Below, piece by piece: positions 6,741 through 16,522 of a stretch of 34,345 nt of DNA. A program made the translations under genes and the position numbers. The notes under the pieces are model-generated. The model was not told the DNA's origin. It ran no database searches and worked only from the letters and a program-made list of their open reading frames with translations. The stretch spans positions 1 through 34,345 of the IMG/VR virus record IMGVR_UViG_3300011335_000149; one strand, given 5' to 3'. The first letter of the stretch is position 1, and every line of letters starts with the position of its first letter. The stretch comes from a virus (taxonomy: Duplodnaviria > Caudoviricetes).

Positions 6741-7210
6741 GATGCTTTCCTTTCAAGAAACAAAACTGTGAAAAAGTAGCTAAGACCAATGGCAGAAATA
6801 AAAATCACAATCCAAAACACCATGCTTGCAGCTTCCATGATTTGCTGACGTTTTTTAGCTTTGGCAAGGGCTTCTTCCATTTCGGCTTTTTTGCGCTTTT
6901 GAATGATGTTGTTGCGCTCCAGCAGTACGCCTTCCCATACATCAGCATTGCCCGACCAAATCAACGTGTTTTTAAGTTGGGTTTCGGCCTCTGCAAGCTG
7001 CTTGGCCTGCATCACCGTTTCTAATGCTTGCGCGGTGTCGCTTTTGAATTTTTTAGGGTTGTTTGCCGCCTGCTGAACAATGTCTTTAGCTTCGAAAAAC
7101 TTGCCAAGGTCAGCCGCAATGCCTTGAACATCCTTGCCCAGCTTGATGGCGGCTTGGATTCCTTTTACCGCTGCTTGCGCGGCTGCAAAAGCGGTAATCG
7201 GGTCAATCAT
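6728..7210 (-). CDS. Lysis-region protein, coiled coil with C-terminal TM
   Basis: MIDPITAFAAAQAAVKGI start, helical body, C-terminal hydrophobic segment. Confidence 0.7.
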   Translation of the reverse strand: MIDPITAFAAAQAAVKGIQAAIKLGKDVQGIAADLGKFFEAKDIVQQAANNPKKFKSDTAQALETVMQAKQLAEAETQLKNTLIWSGNADVWEGVLLERNNIIQKRKKAEMEEALAKAKKRQQIMEAASMVFWIVIFISAIGLSYFFTVLFLERKASWIG

Positions 7211-7368
7211 TTTTTATTGACCACTACCCATCGGCAAATGCGCCCGTCTTTGTCTAAAAATTCGTTTGTGCTTGGTTTGTCATCTTTTTTGGGCAAGCGG
7301 CAGACCAACACCGTTTTTGTTTCGGTGTTGGGCCACGGGTTATCAGCAGATGCAATCTGATCAATCAC
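7207..7368 (-). CDS. Hypothetical protein, 53 aa (MIDQIASADNPWPNTETKTVLVCR...ICRWVVVNKK)
   Basis: Translated by hand; GTGA and ATGA coupling at both ends. Confidence 0.6.
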   Translation of the reverse strand: MIDQIASADNPWPNTETKTVLVCRLPKKDDKPSTNEFLDKDGRICRWVVVNKK

Positions 7369-7598
7369 TTGTCGGCTTTTGCTTCTAGCTTGTCAAAGAT
7401 GCGCTCTAGCGTTGCGTCGATCTTGTCAAACCGGTTTTCAATGTCTTTTTTGCTGACGTAGTTTTTGGGCAAGTCAATCTCAATGGCCTTGATGTCGTTT
7501 TTCAAGGCTTTGACCGAGTCCCATATTTCTTTGCACCACCACCCGACAGCAACCAAGACCGCGCCGCCGACAAGGTTAAACACTGGTTGAAATTCCAT
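7365..7598 (-). CDS. Small membrane-anchored coiled-coil protein (lysis region)
   Basis: N-terminal TM then coiled coil ending KLEAKADK. Confidence 0.75.
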   Translation of the reverse strand: MEFQPVFNLVGGAVLVAVGWWCKEIWDSVKALKNDIKAIEIDLPKNYVSKKDIENRFDKIDATLERIFDKLEAKADK

Positions 7599-7939
7599 TA
7601 CATCACTTCAATCCAAGATAGTGTGGCCTCATCCCATGAATACAGTTTGCCATCAGTAGGCATTGCAACAGGTGCTGTCCATTGGCACGTTGCCTCTACC
7701 AGCGTCCAGCTTGAAAATGGCTGTGGTGGGATAAACGCATCACGGTTTTCATCGTAGGTAAAACCAATGCCAGCGTAGTTTTTGCGGATGCGCCCGTTGT
7801 AGCTGGTTTGCTTCCAATCACCGCCAAACAAAGACTGACAAAATGCTACGCCTGCGGCTTCATCGGGTGCGTCATTATTGTGGACAACAACAACTTGTTC
7901 CACAACATTTTCAGAATTGAGTTTTGCAAAGTGTGCCAT
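7598..7939 (-). CDS. Tail-fibre-associated/assembly-like protein (MAHFAKL...)
   Basis: WKQTSYNG.IRKNYAGIG.TYD..RDAFIPPQP..SW motif; directly after the Gly-rich fibre gene; TGATG coupling. Confidence 0.8.
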   Translation of the reverse strand: MAHFAKLNSENVVEQVVVVHNNDAPDEAAGVAFCQSLFGGDWKQTSYNGRIRKNYAGIGFTYDENRDAFIPPQPFSSWTLVEATCQWTAPVAMPTDGKLYSWDEATLSWIEVM

Positions 7940-8775
7940 CAGAATGTGATACTCCCTGATCCAGTCCATTGGTAAACACGGTAACCGCCTGCCACTGTAA
8001 TTGTGGGCGAGCCTGTGGTTGATGTTGCCGCTGCAAATGTGTCTGCGTAACGAATGATGACAATGCCGGAACCGCCTGAACCGCCATTTGGTGACGCAGA
8101 ACCTACCGCGCCGCCACCGCCACCGCCAGTATTTGCAGTTCCAGGAGAACCATTTGTGCTTACAGAGCCATTCCCGCCACCGCCGCTACCACCAGTTCCA
8201 GCCGTGCCGCTGTTGCCGCCACCACCGCCACCACCAGCATAAGTAACGCTGCTGCCACTTATGCTGCTTGCGCTACCCGCACCGCCGTTACCGGCAGTTG
8301 TTGAATTGGGCGCAGTTTGACCAACAGCACCCGCACCGCCGCCACCGCCGGAGCAATAACCTGTTGGCCCTATGCTACCCGCGCCACCAGTATTGCCTTG
8401 TCCTCCCGTGCCCGAACCGCCAGTACCTGATGGAGTGTTACCGCCTCCACCTGATCCACCACCAAGTCCATTAATAGATGTAGTTCCCGCACCGCCGCCG
8501 CCGCCAAGAGATGTAATGGAGCTAAATACTGAATCTGACCCGTTATTTCCCGAACCTAAAGATGTGGGATTTGTAGCACCACCAGCACCAACCGTGACTG
8601 TGATTGCTGTGCCAGGTAATACTGCAAAACCTGATGCTGTTAAATAACCGCCCGCACCGCCGCCGCCCGACCTATCATTTCCACCCGCACCGCCGCCAGC
8701 AACTACAAGGTATTCAACAGTTGATGGCCCAAGGTAAGACGGGCCAGCCAAAAAAAAGTTTTTAGCGGCAAACAT
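7939..8775 (-). CDS. Glycine-rich tail fibre/receptor-binding domain protein
   Basis: VEYLVVAGGG...GGGGAGG...GGSGIVIIRY glycine-rich domain. Confidence 0.85.
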   Translation of the reverse strand: MFAAKNFFLAGPSYLGPSTVEYLVVAGGGAGGNDRSGGGGAGGYLTASGFAVLPGTAITVTVGAGGATNPTSLGSGNNGSDSVFSSITSLGGGGGAGTTSINGLGGGSGGGGNTPSGTGGSGTGGQGNTGGAGSIGPTGYCSGGGGGAGAVGQTAPNSTTAGNGGAGSASSISGSSVTYAGGGGGGGNSGTAGTGGSGGGGNGSVSTNGSPGTANTGGGGGGAVGSASPNGGSGGSGIVIIRYADTFAAATSTTGSPTITVAGGYRVYQWTGSGSITF

Positions 8776-9707
8776 TATGGTGTGTACCCTTGGGCAGCAG
8801 AACCGTACCAGTTTGTGCCGTCAGCAATAAAGGTCAAGATGTCCATCTTGCCTGCGGTGGCGGTGATGGTTGGTGCGCCTGCTGTGCCCCACTTCACACC
8901 GGTAAATGTCGCCGTGCCGTTACCTGTGGATACTGCTTGTTTAAGCAATAGCACAAAAGACTTTCCCGCAGTCGCCGTAGGCATGGTGAACGTGCAAGCA
9001 GTTGATGCTGTAAGAGTTGCAGTTTGTACTGTGCCGCTGGTTAACGCTATGGTTGACGAACTGGTCACCGTTCCAATAGCCACCACACTTTCAACATAAT
9101 TGGTCACAGTGGGGTTGGTTAGCGTTTTGTTGGTAAACGCCTCAGAACCCGCCAAGGTTGCCAATGTGCCCGTGGTCGGAAATGTGACATTGGTTGCCGC
9201 TGTAGCGGTCAAGGTCAATGAATATGCGCCCGATGTGGCAAGGGTTGCACCATCTGCAATGGTCAGCGTTGCAGACGTTGCAGGCGCTGTAAATGCAACT
9301 TTGTTGATGCTGGTTGCCGTAGCCACGCCTAGCACAGGGGTAATCAATGTTGGCGTGTTGTCCAGCACCATTTTGCCCGTGCCGGTGACTGATGCCGACA
9401 AGGTAACGCCGCCGTAAGTAAGGGTTGTGCCAACATAGAGCGCCTTGGTAATACCTACCCCGCCAGCGGTAAAAATTGAGCCTGTAGAGCCGCTTGTAGA
9501 GTCTGTGGCAAGGCTTGAGTTGATACCTTGTGCAAACGGAATTCGCACGGTGGTCGCCGTTTGCCCGTCCTTTGTGATTGCGGTAGACAGGCCGGTGGCT
9601 AGGTCTGCGGTCAGCGCATTAAATGCGGAACTGCTGATAACCGTGCCGGTCACCACGGGCTGCCCCGAGGTGTTGATTTGGAATGTGCCGGAGCCGTTGT
9701 AACTCAT
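8775..9707 (-). CDS. Tail fibre/tail protein, Thr-rich
   Basis: N-terminal virion-anchor-like segment (GTVISS..FN..DLATGLS..ITKDGQ), TLTNKTL-like shaft motifs, KWGTAGAPTIT...DILTF C-terminal domain. Confidence 0.8.
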   Translation of the reverse strand: MSYNGSGTFQINTSGQPVVTGTVISSSAFNALTADLATGLSTAITKDGQTATTVRIPFAQGINSSLATDSTSGSTGSIFTAGGVGITKALYVGTTLTYGGVTLSASVTGTGKMVLDNTPTLITPVLGVATATSINKVAFTAPATSATLTIADGATLATSGAYSLTLTATAATNVTFPTTGTLATLAGSEAFTNKTLTNPTVTNYVESVVAIGTVTSSSTIALTSGTVQTATLTASTACTFTMPTATAGKSFVLLLKQAVSTGNGTATFTGVKWGTAGAPTITATAGKMDILTFIADGTNWYGSAAQGYTP

Positions 9708-9711
9708 GGTT

Positions 9712-11352
9712 TCACCTTTGTTGCTGTGCTAGTGCTTCTTGATTAAGGCGCAGCCATTCATCAAGTCCGCTTTGTTGGTTGCCCGCTTGCCCTGCTAACA
9801 GAGCCGCCATCTTAGCTTGCTGTGCGGTCATTGGAGCAAGGTTAGACACCGCTTCTTTGCCTTTATTCAAGGCTCCAGCCATCTGACCATACTTGTATGC
9901 CGTTTCGCCCACAACCCTGGGGCTAGATGACAAAACATCAGCAACCGCCAAAGCTGGGCCACCAGCGCCATATGCCAAATAAGCTGTTGGAACATTGGAT
10001 GCACCTTGCAAACCGCGAGGTGTCAAGCTGTTCATGGCTTGGCCTGCCAATGCGGGCATCAAATCTCTACCGCCTGCTGCGGATAACTGTTGCGCTAAAC
10101 TGAGTCTTTGCCCATAGTTGGTGTTAACGTTATTTCGCATCAACGATTGCAGCTTACGCATTGCGGTGTCGGCAGATGCTTTATTGCCTAATGACAAAGT
10201 GCGTTCAATTTCGTTGATTAAATCAGACGATTCGCTGTAACCCTTCATCACTTCGGCATAAGTTGGCGCTTGTCTGCCAATTTCAGATTTGACCGCATCG
10301 TAAACTTGTTTGCCAGCACTAAAAGCGGTTTTTTCTTCTTGACCTAGCTTGCCAAAAGATTCCCAAAGCGTTTGTTTTAAGGCATCCATGCCTTCCGGCG
10401 TGTGATAGTCAGCGGCATTGGAATTTTTCCAATCAGCCACTTTTTTCTTCATGTCTTCTAGCACATTGGCAGCGGTCTGATCTTTAATTTTGCCCTTGTA
10501 ATACGCCATGCTTTCAGCATTTTTTAACGCATTGTCAATGCCGGTGAAATCAAGGACAGTTTTGTCATTCTTGATGTTGACCATGCCCGATCGATATGCG
10601 TCTTGTTTATCTTTATTCATCTGAGCCAAGTTTGCTTTGGCATCATCTAAAACTTGTAGAGACGGCACTTTGTCGCGCATATTCTCTAAAAAGGTTTGAT
10701 TGCCTTCCGCACCGGCTTTAATGGCTTGATTGATTGGCTCTGTTCCAACACCTGACTTTGCAGCCAAGTAACCTTTGCCAATTGCTTCAGCGCCTTTGCC
10801 AACAGCTTTGGTGGCGGCAATGGCTTGGCTGACCGGATTGAGAACATCCGATGCTTTGGTCAATATGTTGCCAGCCTGTGCTGTTTTTGCACCAATGTTG
10901 GCAGCTTTAAGCCCTGCGCCTGCGCCACCGGCAAGCATTGACACATCGCCCAAAATGCGAAATGGGTCTTCTTGCAAGGTTTGCTTAAATCCTTGCGCTG
11001 AACTGTAAGGCTTTACCAATTCTTGACCAACTACATTGGCGGCTGTTTGTGACCGCTGCAAGTCTTCCGGACTGCCCAATGGGTTGTATGGCGCAATAGC
11101 AGTCAGACCGCGCTGCACCGGCTCCGGCATGGCGTTATAGAACCCGCCACGGGCCACATCAACCATTCCTTTTGCGGTTTGTACGGGGCTTGAAACAGCC
11201 TGTACCAAACCATCAATTACATTTTTCTTAAAACTGCCAGGCGCATTGCCCAGCATCTTCATTGTGCTGAATGGAATTGGCTCAACAGACGCAACATCCC
11301 ATTGCGGCGGCGCAGCAGGCGCTACAGATACAACTTCCCATTGGTCTGCCAT
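9712..11352 (-). CDS. Internal virion (DNA ejection) protein
   Basis: 546 aa, Ala/Gly-rich, helical, in podovirus ejection-protein position. Confidence 0.7.
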   Translation of the reverse strand: MADQWEVVSVAPAAPPQWDVASVEPIPFSTMKMLGNAPGSFKKNVIDGLVQAVSSPVQTAKGMVDVARGGFYNAMPEPVQRGLTAIAPYNPLGSPEDLQRSQTAANVVGQELVKPYSSAQGFKQTLQEDPFRILGDVSMLAGGAGAGLKAANIGAKTAQAGNILTKASDVLNPVSQAIAATKAVGKGAEAIGKGYLAAKSGVGTEPINQAIKAGAEGNQTFLENMRDKVPSLQVLDDAKANLAQMNKDKQDAYRSGMVNIKNDKTVLDFTGIDNALKNAESMAYYKGKIKDQTAANVLEDMKKKVADWKNSNAADYHTPEGMDALKQTLWESFGKLGQEEKTAFSAGKQVYDAVKSEIGRQAPTYAEVMKGYSESSDLINEIERTLSLGNKASADTAMRKLQSLMRNNVNTNYGQRLSLAQQLSAAGGRDLMPALAGQAMNSLTPRGLQGASNVPTAYLAYGAGGPALAVADVLSSSPRVVGETAYKYGQMAGALNKGKEAVSNLAPMTAQQAKMAALLAGQAGNQQSGLDEWLRLNQEALAQQQR

Positions 11353-12191
11353 TAGTTCACCTTTTCCGGTTTACCGTTTGTCAAAGTCCATTGTTGCCCA
11401 TTCTTAAAGGTTGTGATATGACCTTCTTTTAGCGCGGCGGCGGGCGGCGCAGCAACAGCAGCGGGCGCAAAATTGGTTGGCGCGGTTTGAAAATTCTCTA
11501 CATTGAAATTTGCTTTTCCAAGGTTTTCAAGGGTAGTTTTGCGCTTTGCCTCAATCAATGCCGCACGTTCTTCCATGCGTTTTTTAATCATTGATGGAGT
11601 CATGCTTATGTCTGCCGTTGTTGCTTCCCATGCTTTTGTTTCGCCAGGAGTCAAAGATGCGCCATATAACGCATTACGGGCAATATTGTCATTGGCGTTA
11701 TACGATTTCCACCAATCGGCTTGTGCTTCTTTGTCGCCGCCAAATGTGCTTGCCATTGTGTTAACAAGGTCGCCCGCAAATTTAGCTTTGTAACCGCCAT
11801 ATTCCGGTCTAAATGTGTCCAACAAACGTGCTTGTGCGCCAAATGAATTGTCTATTGCCGTGATTTTTTCTACTTCACCCGATGGCAAATCACGTTTTTT
11901 GGCAGGCGCAACCGCTTCCCGTGCTGCTTTGTCAGCTTCTGCGCGGGCAATTGCCATGCGTTGATCGTAGGCGCGAGGGCTTTCTCCTTGTTGACGGGGC
12001 AATGATGCGCCTGCAATGGCAGCAGGGGCAACCCCACCAGCTTTCATTGTTTGCATGGCAGCAACCAATGCATCGGGAGCAGGCGCAGATGCAGCAGGCT
12101 GGGGCATTACAACCGGCGCAACACGGCGTTGTGCTGGTGCAGCCGCAGCGGGTGCAGGCGTACCATAAAGATCATCGTACAAAGCCATCAT
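11352..12191 (-). CDS. Probable internal virion protein
   Basis: Ala/Pro-rich; LYGASLT.GE motif; coupled within the ejection block. Confidence 0.65.
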   Translation of the reverse strand: MMALYDDLYGTPAPAAAAPAQRRVAPVVMPQPAASAPAPDALVAAMQTMKAGGVAPAAIAGASLPRQQGESPRAYDQRMAIARAEADKAAREAVAPAKKRDLPSGEVEKITAIDNSFGAQARLLDTFRPEYGGYKAKFAGDLVNTMASTFGGDKEAQADWWKSYNANDNIARNALYGASLTPGETKAWEATTADISMTPSMIKKRMEERAALIEAKRKTTLENLGKANFNVENFQTAPTNFAPAAVAAPPAAALKEGHITTFKNGQQWTLTNGKPEKVN

Positions 12192-13678
12192 TGCACCTTA
12201 TAGCCTTTTGCGACTGCATCGCGGGTTACTTGTTCAATTGATTTGCCAGATCGCGCTGCCGCATCTGCAATTTCTGCGCGGGTGGTGATTTTTAGTGCAC
12301 CCACAGCGGCGGGTGCGGGCGCACCGCCTGACAAAGTTGTAAAGTTTGGCAATTGTGGTGTAAGGCCAGCAGCACTAAATCCTGGCACTCCTTCGTATGC
12401 AAGACGCGAGGCAGCTTCTGCAATTCTGACTTTTAGGCTTGCCAAGTCTTTTGGTGTAATGCCGCCAGCTTTGTTGATAAGGTTTTCGCGCACCAATCCA
12501 GCAATTTCCGGAATGCTTTGCCAATTTTTTGGTAGCTGACCGGCTTCTGCCATGTCCGACATAAAGCCTTTGTATTGACCAGGAATGTCGCCCAATGTGG
12601 CAAGTTGCGTCTTGTCAACATAGCGAGTAACCGGTTTCCCATTTTCATCATTGGTTTCGATTTTTTCAAGATTGTTGCGAATTGGCCCTTTATCTTGAGC
12701 ATTAGCCAAACGCTGATCCGCTGGCAAACTCATGTCAACAATAACCACCCGTCCATTGTTTTCAATTTCGCTGTAATGCGGCGGTGTCTTAACAGCTTCT
12801 TTTTCAATTGCACCGGCTTGACGTTTTGCAGGGTCAGTTTCGTTGAAATTTTCGTAATAAATTTTGCCACCACGGGCCACTTCTTTCCAAACAGGCGCAA
12901 CAGCTTTTGCCTCTGCTGGTTTTGCGCCAGGAACAAAAGAACCTGCTTTGTCTGCGGCGTTTAAGTTAATCCAACCAGCCACAGGTTTCCCACCAACTTC
13001 TTGGGTTGTTGCTTCCCAATGTGGTGCAAGTTTGTCAATTTTTGAAACAGCGGGAACGCTAAATCGTTCTTTGCCTGTAGTTGGGTCAAAAAATACATCG
13101 CCAGGCGACCCTTTAATTGGCGTTTTTGGCTCAAACTGCTGCAAGTATTTAGCCATTGCTAATTGCTTGACTTCGGGAATGTCAAATCCTTGTAGCGTCT
13201 CAGGGCTGATGTAACCGGCGGGAAGTGCTGGCCTTGCAGGAATAGCGGCTTGGCCTGCAACAGCCGGAGAAACTTCGTATTGCCCAACTTCTCGCGGCAT
13301 TCCATAGCCGCCAAAACTTTTTTCAATTTGAGGAGCCATTTGCGCTGGTTTGGCTTCAATAGCTTCTTGTCCCGCAAACGCTTCTTGTGCAGGCGCAGAC
13401 AATGCTCGCGCAAAATTTTCAAATTGCGTGTTGTACTTGTCACGGTAATCGGTTTGCAACTTGGCGTAATCTTCCCGCGCTTGTTTTTCTTTATATGCGC
13501 CAAGACCGGATTCCAAAATCTTTGCCAACCCAGCATAAGGGCTGATTGCCACGCCTGGCGTTGTTGGCATTTGCAAAACTTGCGATCCCGATTCTTGCAA
13601 TGCTTGCGCCATGCGTTGCCGCCGCGCAATTTCTTCCGCTTTTTGAGAGTAAGGATCAATCAGGCTTACTGTTGCCAT
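12188..13678 (-). CDS. Probable internal virion protein with internal repeats
   Basis: IARRQRMAQAL N-terminus; AGGAG SD; position in the ejection block. Confidence 0.7.
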   Translation of the reverse strand: MATVSLIDPYSQKAEEIARRQRMAQALQESGSQVLQMPTTPGVAISPYAGLAKILESGLGAYKEKQAREDYAKLQTDYRDKYNTQFENFARALSAPAQEAFAGQEAIEAKPAQMAPQIEKSFGGYGMPREVGQYEVSPAVAGQAAIPARPALPAGYISPETLQGFDIPEVKQLAMAKYLQQFEPKTPIKGSPGDVFFDPTTGKERFSVPAVSKIDKLAPHWEATTQEVGGKPVAGWINLNAADKAGSFVPGAKPAEAKAVAPVWKEVARGGKIYYENFNETDPAKRQAGAIEKEAVKTPPHYSEIENNGRVVIVDMSLPADQRLANAQDKGPIRNNLEKIETNDENGKPVTRYVDKTQLATLGDIPGQYKGFMSDMAEAGQLPKNWQSIPEIAGLVRENLINKAGGITPKDLASLKVRIAEAASRLAYEGVPGFSAAGLTPQLPNFTTLSGGAPAPAAVGALKITTRAEIADAAARSGKSIEQVTRDAVAKGYKVQ

Positions 13679-13691
13679 TTATATCTCCTGA

Positions 13692-14579
13692 TTAAAACGC
13701 ATATTTGATAGCTGCGCCGCCCAAGCCGTACAACCCTGCGGTGTTTGCGTTTTGCGCTGCCACTTGCTGGTTGTAGGCATTTTGCTCGGCTTGGCCTTTT
13801 GCTTGAGTAGCTGCAAACACCGGCGCGGCTTGCACATTGGAGCCTTGGTAAGCGCCAAATTGCGGGTTTTGAATCTGACTACCGGACATCAATGCCGTAA
13901 TTTCATTCAACGGCATTTGGCGTTGTTGGATGGCCTGTGCAAGCGCCTGTTGTTGGGCGGTGTTGCCAAACTGTGCACCTTGCAGGGCTTGGTTGTAGCC
14001 TTGTGCATTTGCGCTTGTGTCCAAGTTGATGCCGGTCAGCGCAGCTTGTGTGCGGGCATCGTTTTCTTGCTGTCCCAATAATTGGATGGCGTTGTCGTAA
14101 GCCTCTGTGCCAGGGCGCAACCCTTGGTTAATCAGTTGGGTTTCGGTGGATGTGCGTTGTCTTTGCAATGACGGCTCTAGGCGCGACATGATGGCTTCTT
14201 GGCCTGTCGTTCCAGCATTGACCGGCATCTTGGCGACATTACTCAAATCCAGCGAAGTTTGAACATCCGGCCCGCCAAAATTGAAAGACTTGTCAAGGAC
14301 ATTGCTTGCAAGGCCAGCGCCTTTGCTGCTTAGTGATGCAAGCTGATATTGCGTGTTTTGCTGTTCCTCTAGCGTTTTTTGAGCCTGTGGGGTCAGCGTT
14401 TGCGTAATGGTCGGCTGGTCGCCGTCATAGGAAATCAGTTGCGTGCCATAGGGCGTGTACATATTGGGATTGGATAGCTTTGAGCCAACCCGTGCGGCCT
14501 CGACGTTTGCAGCGCCTTGTGCGGCTGCTGAGGCAGCGTAATCAGGCGTTGCCGGTGCTTGTGGTGCACTTTTTCCCAT
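13692..14579 (-). CDS. Pilot/ejection protein, Q/A-rich
   Basis: MGKSAPQAPATPDY start, NMYTPYG motif, Q-rich helices; follows the GNAT-like gene as in P22/T7-like podoviruses. Confidence 0.7.
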   Translation of the reverse strand: MGKSAPQAPATPDYAASAAAQGAANVEAARVGSKLSNPNMYTPYGTQLISYDGDQPTITQTLTPQAQKTLEEQQNTQYQLASLSSKGAGLASNVLDKSFNFGGPDVQTSLDLSNVAKMPVNAGTTGQEAIMSRLEPSLQRQRTSTETQLINQGLRPGTEAYDNAIQLLGQQENDARTQAALTGINLDTSANAQGYNQALQGAQFGNTAQQQALAQAIQQRQMPLNEITALMSGSQIQNPQFGAYQGSNVQAAPVFAATQAKGQAEQNAYNQQVAAQNANTAGLYGLGGAAIKYAF

Positions 14580-14985
14580 ATCGATTCTCCAAATATTTGC
14601 ATCGTTCCTTTGGCATGGTGAAAATTACCATGTCCCCGTCTGCCATTGCATCCTTGATCCGCGCTTCCTCATGGAAACCCATTTTTTCAACGAATTTGAT
14701 GCTTGTGATGTTTGCGCTGCTGACCGGCACAATGATTTTGCCGACCTTGCAAACATTAAACGGGTAGTCAAAGATGGCAAACAAATAGGCCGGAGTCATT
14801 CTGCCGGTGACCGCAATGTGGCAAGTAATTGACTTGCCATGCCAGTTTTCGTAGATGACACCAGCGACAAATTCGCCGTCTTTCTTCAACCCGATAGACC
14901 GGCTGCGCTCTTGAAAGTAGCCACCATCGACCTTTTTTGCAGTCCAATGTCCTGCCGAATGGTCTGAAGTGATCTCAAAGGACAC
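14542..14985 (-). CDS. GNAT-fold virion assembly protein (P22 gp14/T7 gp13-like position)
   Basis: AIFDYPF...N..SIKFVEKMGFHEEARI GNAT motif; GAGG SD before GTG at 14985. Confidence 0.75.
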   Translation of the reverse strand: MSFEITSDHSAGHWTAKKVDGGYFQERSRSIGLKKDGEFVAGVIYENWHGKSITCHIAVTGRMTPAYLFAIFDYPFNVCKVGKIIVPVSSANITSIKFVEKMGFHEEARIKDAMADGDMVIFTMPKERCKYLENRYGKKCTTSTGNA

Positions 14986-16522
14986 CACCAGCCTCAAACA
15001 CCAAGTCGGTTGCGACCCATTGCAATTCTATACCCTGAGTAGCGGTGTTCAACGTGGGCGCAAAAGAATATCCGATGCCGGTCGTTCCCTGCCAATCAGC
15101 GGTAGGGTTAAGCCCGCCGCCCCAATAGGCGATATCCCACAGGCCGTTATCCCAAGTTCCATATTGCGTAGCGGAAAAACTAAGCTGGGCGCTTTGGTCG
15201 GCAAGGTTGTAATCAACGTTCACGTTGCCAAAAATCGCCGGTGTGCCGTTGCTCAACAAGTGATAACGAATCATTTTGCATTGCTTTTGGGTTGCCGACC
15301 CGTAGTTTTGAAAACTTTGCAAAGCAAACCCGTTGATGTTGGATGTGTCATCCACCGTGCCATTCCACGCTTTGCCAACATAGCCATCACCGCCAAAATA
15401 GGGGTCATCTTGCCAAATTTCCCAACAATTGGCGCTCCAACCGGTAAAATTGCACCAGCTTTTGGTGATGGTGTTCATCACATATTGTTGTTCTTGCCCT
15501 GTAGCAATCGGGACATTCATAATCAGTTGGTTTTCCTTGGGGTAGTAAAGCAAACTCCACCCAAAGTTTTGTCCATAAGAACTGACCGCCTGGCTGACCG
15601 CATACTGGATTTTGTTGGTAATCGACACCCGAGGGTCAAGGCGGGACGATTGCAAGCTGCCGGACATGGGAACCACGCCGTCTTGCGTAATCATCAACAA
15701 ATCGCCGCCGTACTTGAGCCAGCAGCGCCGCCCGATAGGTGCGCCCACTTTCCACAAACCGGTCATGGAAATGCCGCTTGGCGTTGTTGGGTCGGTCAAT
15801 CGCCAAACCACCACTTCACCATTGCTGGTAATGAACGCAAGGTAATCGTCCATGCCGTAACCGGCATCCAACGTCCAAGTCATGCCAGCCATGATGTAAC
15901 CGCCGTATTGGACAAGGCTGGTCATGTCTAACGACACCGCCGCGCCGCCAATGCTGTTGATTGGCAGATACCATGCTTTTAACGACCCGTTTTCTACCAA
16001 CCACACGCGATTTTTAAACAACGTGATGTTGGAACAATTGGCGGTATCTACGCCGGTAATGTTGTAAGGCGATCCATCGCCGTCTTTGTGCCAAGCAGAA
16101 CCATCGTAAGTTCGCAGCTTGTCCACACCATTGACGCACATCAAATATGACCCGCCTGTGGTGGTCATGTTGATGTACTGAAATTTGGCGCTGGATAGGC
16201 CGGTGACATCCGCAGAACCTACCGTGCCGCCAGCAGTCACATCGTAAATTGAATCCACCGCCGCAGCAAAAAGCTGATTAGATGTGCCCGAACTGTACGC
16301 AAGAATGGATTGCACCGTGCCAGTGATGCCGGTGGCAAATTTGGTGTAGCCGTTTCGCAAGATGACCGAGTTTGTGCCAGGCCAAAAGTTTGTCAACGTG
16401 ACCGCATCCATCGGTTCCATTGCGCCCAATGCATCGCGGGCATTCCACCCGCCAATAGGGGCAGCTACAGATACCGTTTGGCTACGTTGGGTTGATGGCT
16501 TTCTGCCAAATGATGCAAGCAT
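14975..16522 (-). CDS. Tail nozzle/DNA stabilisation protein (P22 gp10/T7 gp12-like)
   Basis: APIGGWNARD start, beta-propeller-like composition, 515 aa, after the adaptor; ATG at 16522 coupled by TAATG. Confidence 0.75.
   Translation of the reverse strand: MLASFGRKPSTQRSQTVSVAAPIGGWNARDALGAMEPMDAVTLTNFWPGTNSVILRNGYTKFATGITGTVQSILAYSSGTSNQLFAAAVDSIYDVTAGGTVGSADVTGLSSAKFQYINMTTTGGSYLMCVNGVDKLRTYDGSAWHKDGDGSPYNITGVDTANCSNITLFKNRVWLVENGSLKAWYLPINSIGGAAVSLDMTSLVQYGGYIMAGMTWTLDAGYGMDDYLAFITSNGEVVVWRLTDPTTPSGISMTGLWKVGAPIGRRCWLKYGGDLLMITQDGVVPMSGSLQSSRLDPRVSITNKIQYAVSQAVSSYGQNFGWSLLYYPKENQLIMNVPIATGQEQQYVMNTITKSWCNFTGWSANCWEIWQDDPYFGGDGYVGKAWNGTVDDTSNINGFALQSFQNYGSATQKQCKMIRYHLLSNGTPAIFGNVNVDYNLADQSAQLSFSATQYGTWDNGLWDIAYWGGGLNPTADWQGTTGIGYSFAPTLNTATQGIELQWVATDLVFEAGGVL

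Noticed and set aside
8050-8700. Repeated ccgccaccgcc units as a tandem repeat or CRISPR array, and Pro-rich plus-strand ORFs
   Set aside because: These are the reverse complement of glycine codons in the fibre gene; no repeat-spacer periodicity.
7598-9707. Diversity-generating retroelement or invertible fibre cassette
   Set aside because: No reverse transcriptase or invertase, and no template/variable repeat pair was seen.
14969-15931. 320 aa plus-strand ORF
   Set aside because: Antisense to the nozzle gene, with no SD or motif; likely a codon-bias shadow.
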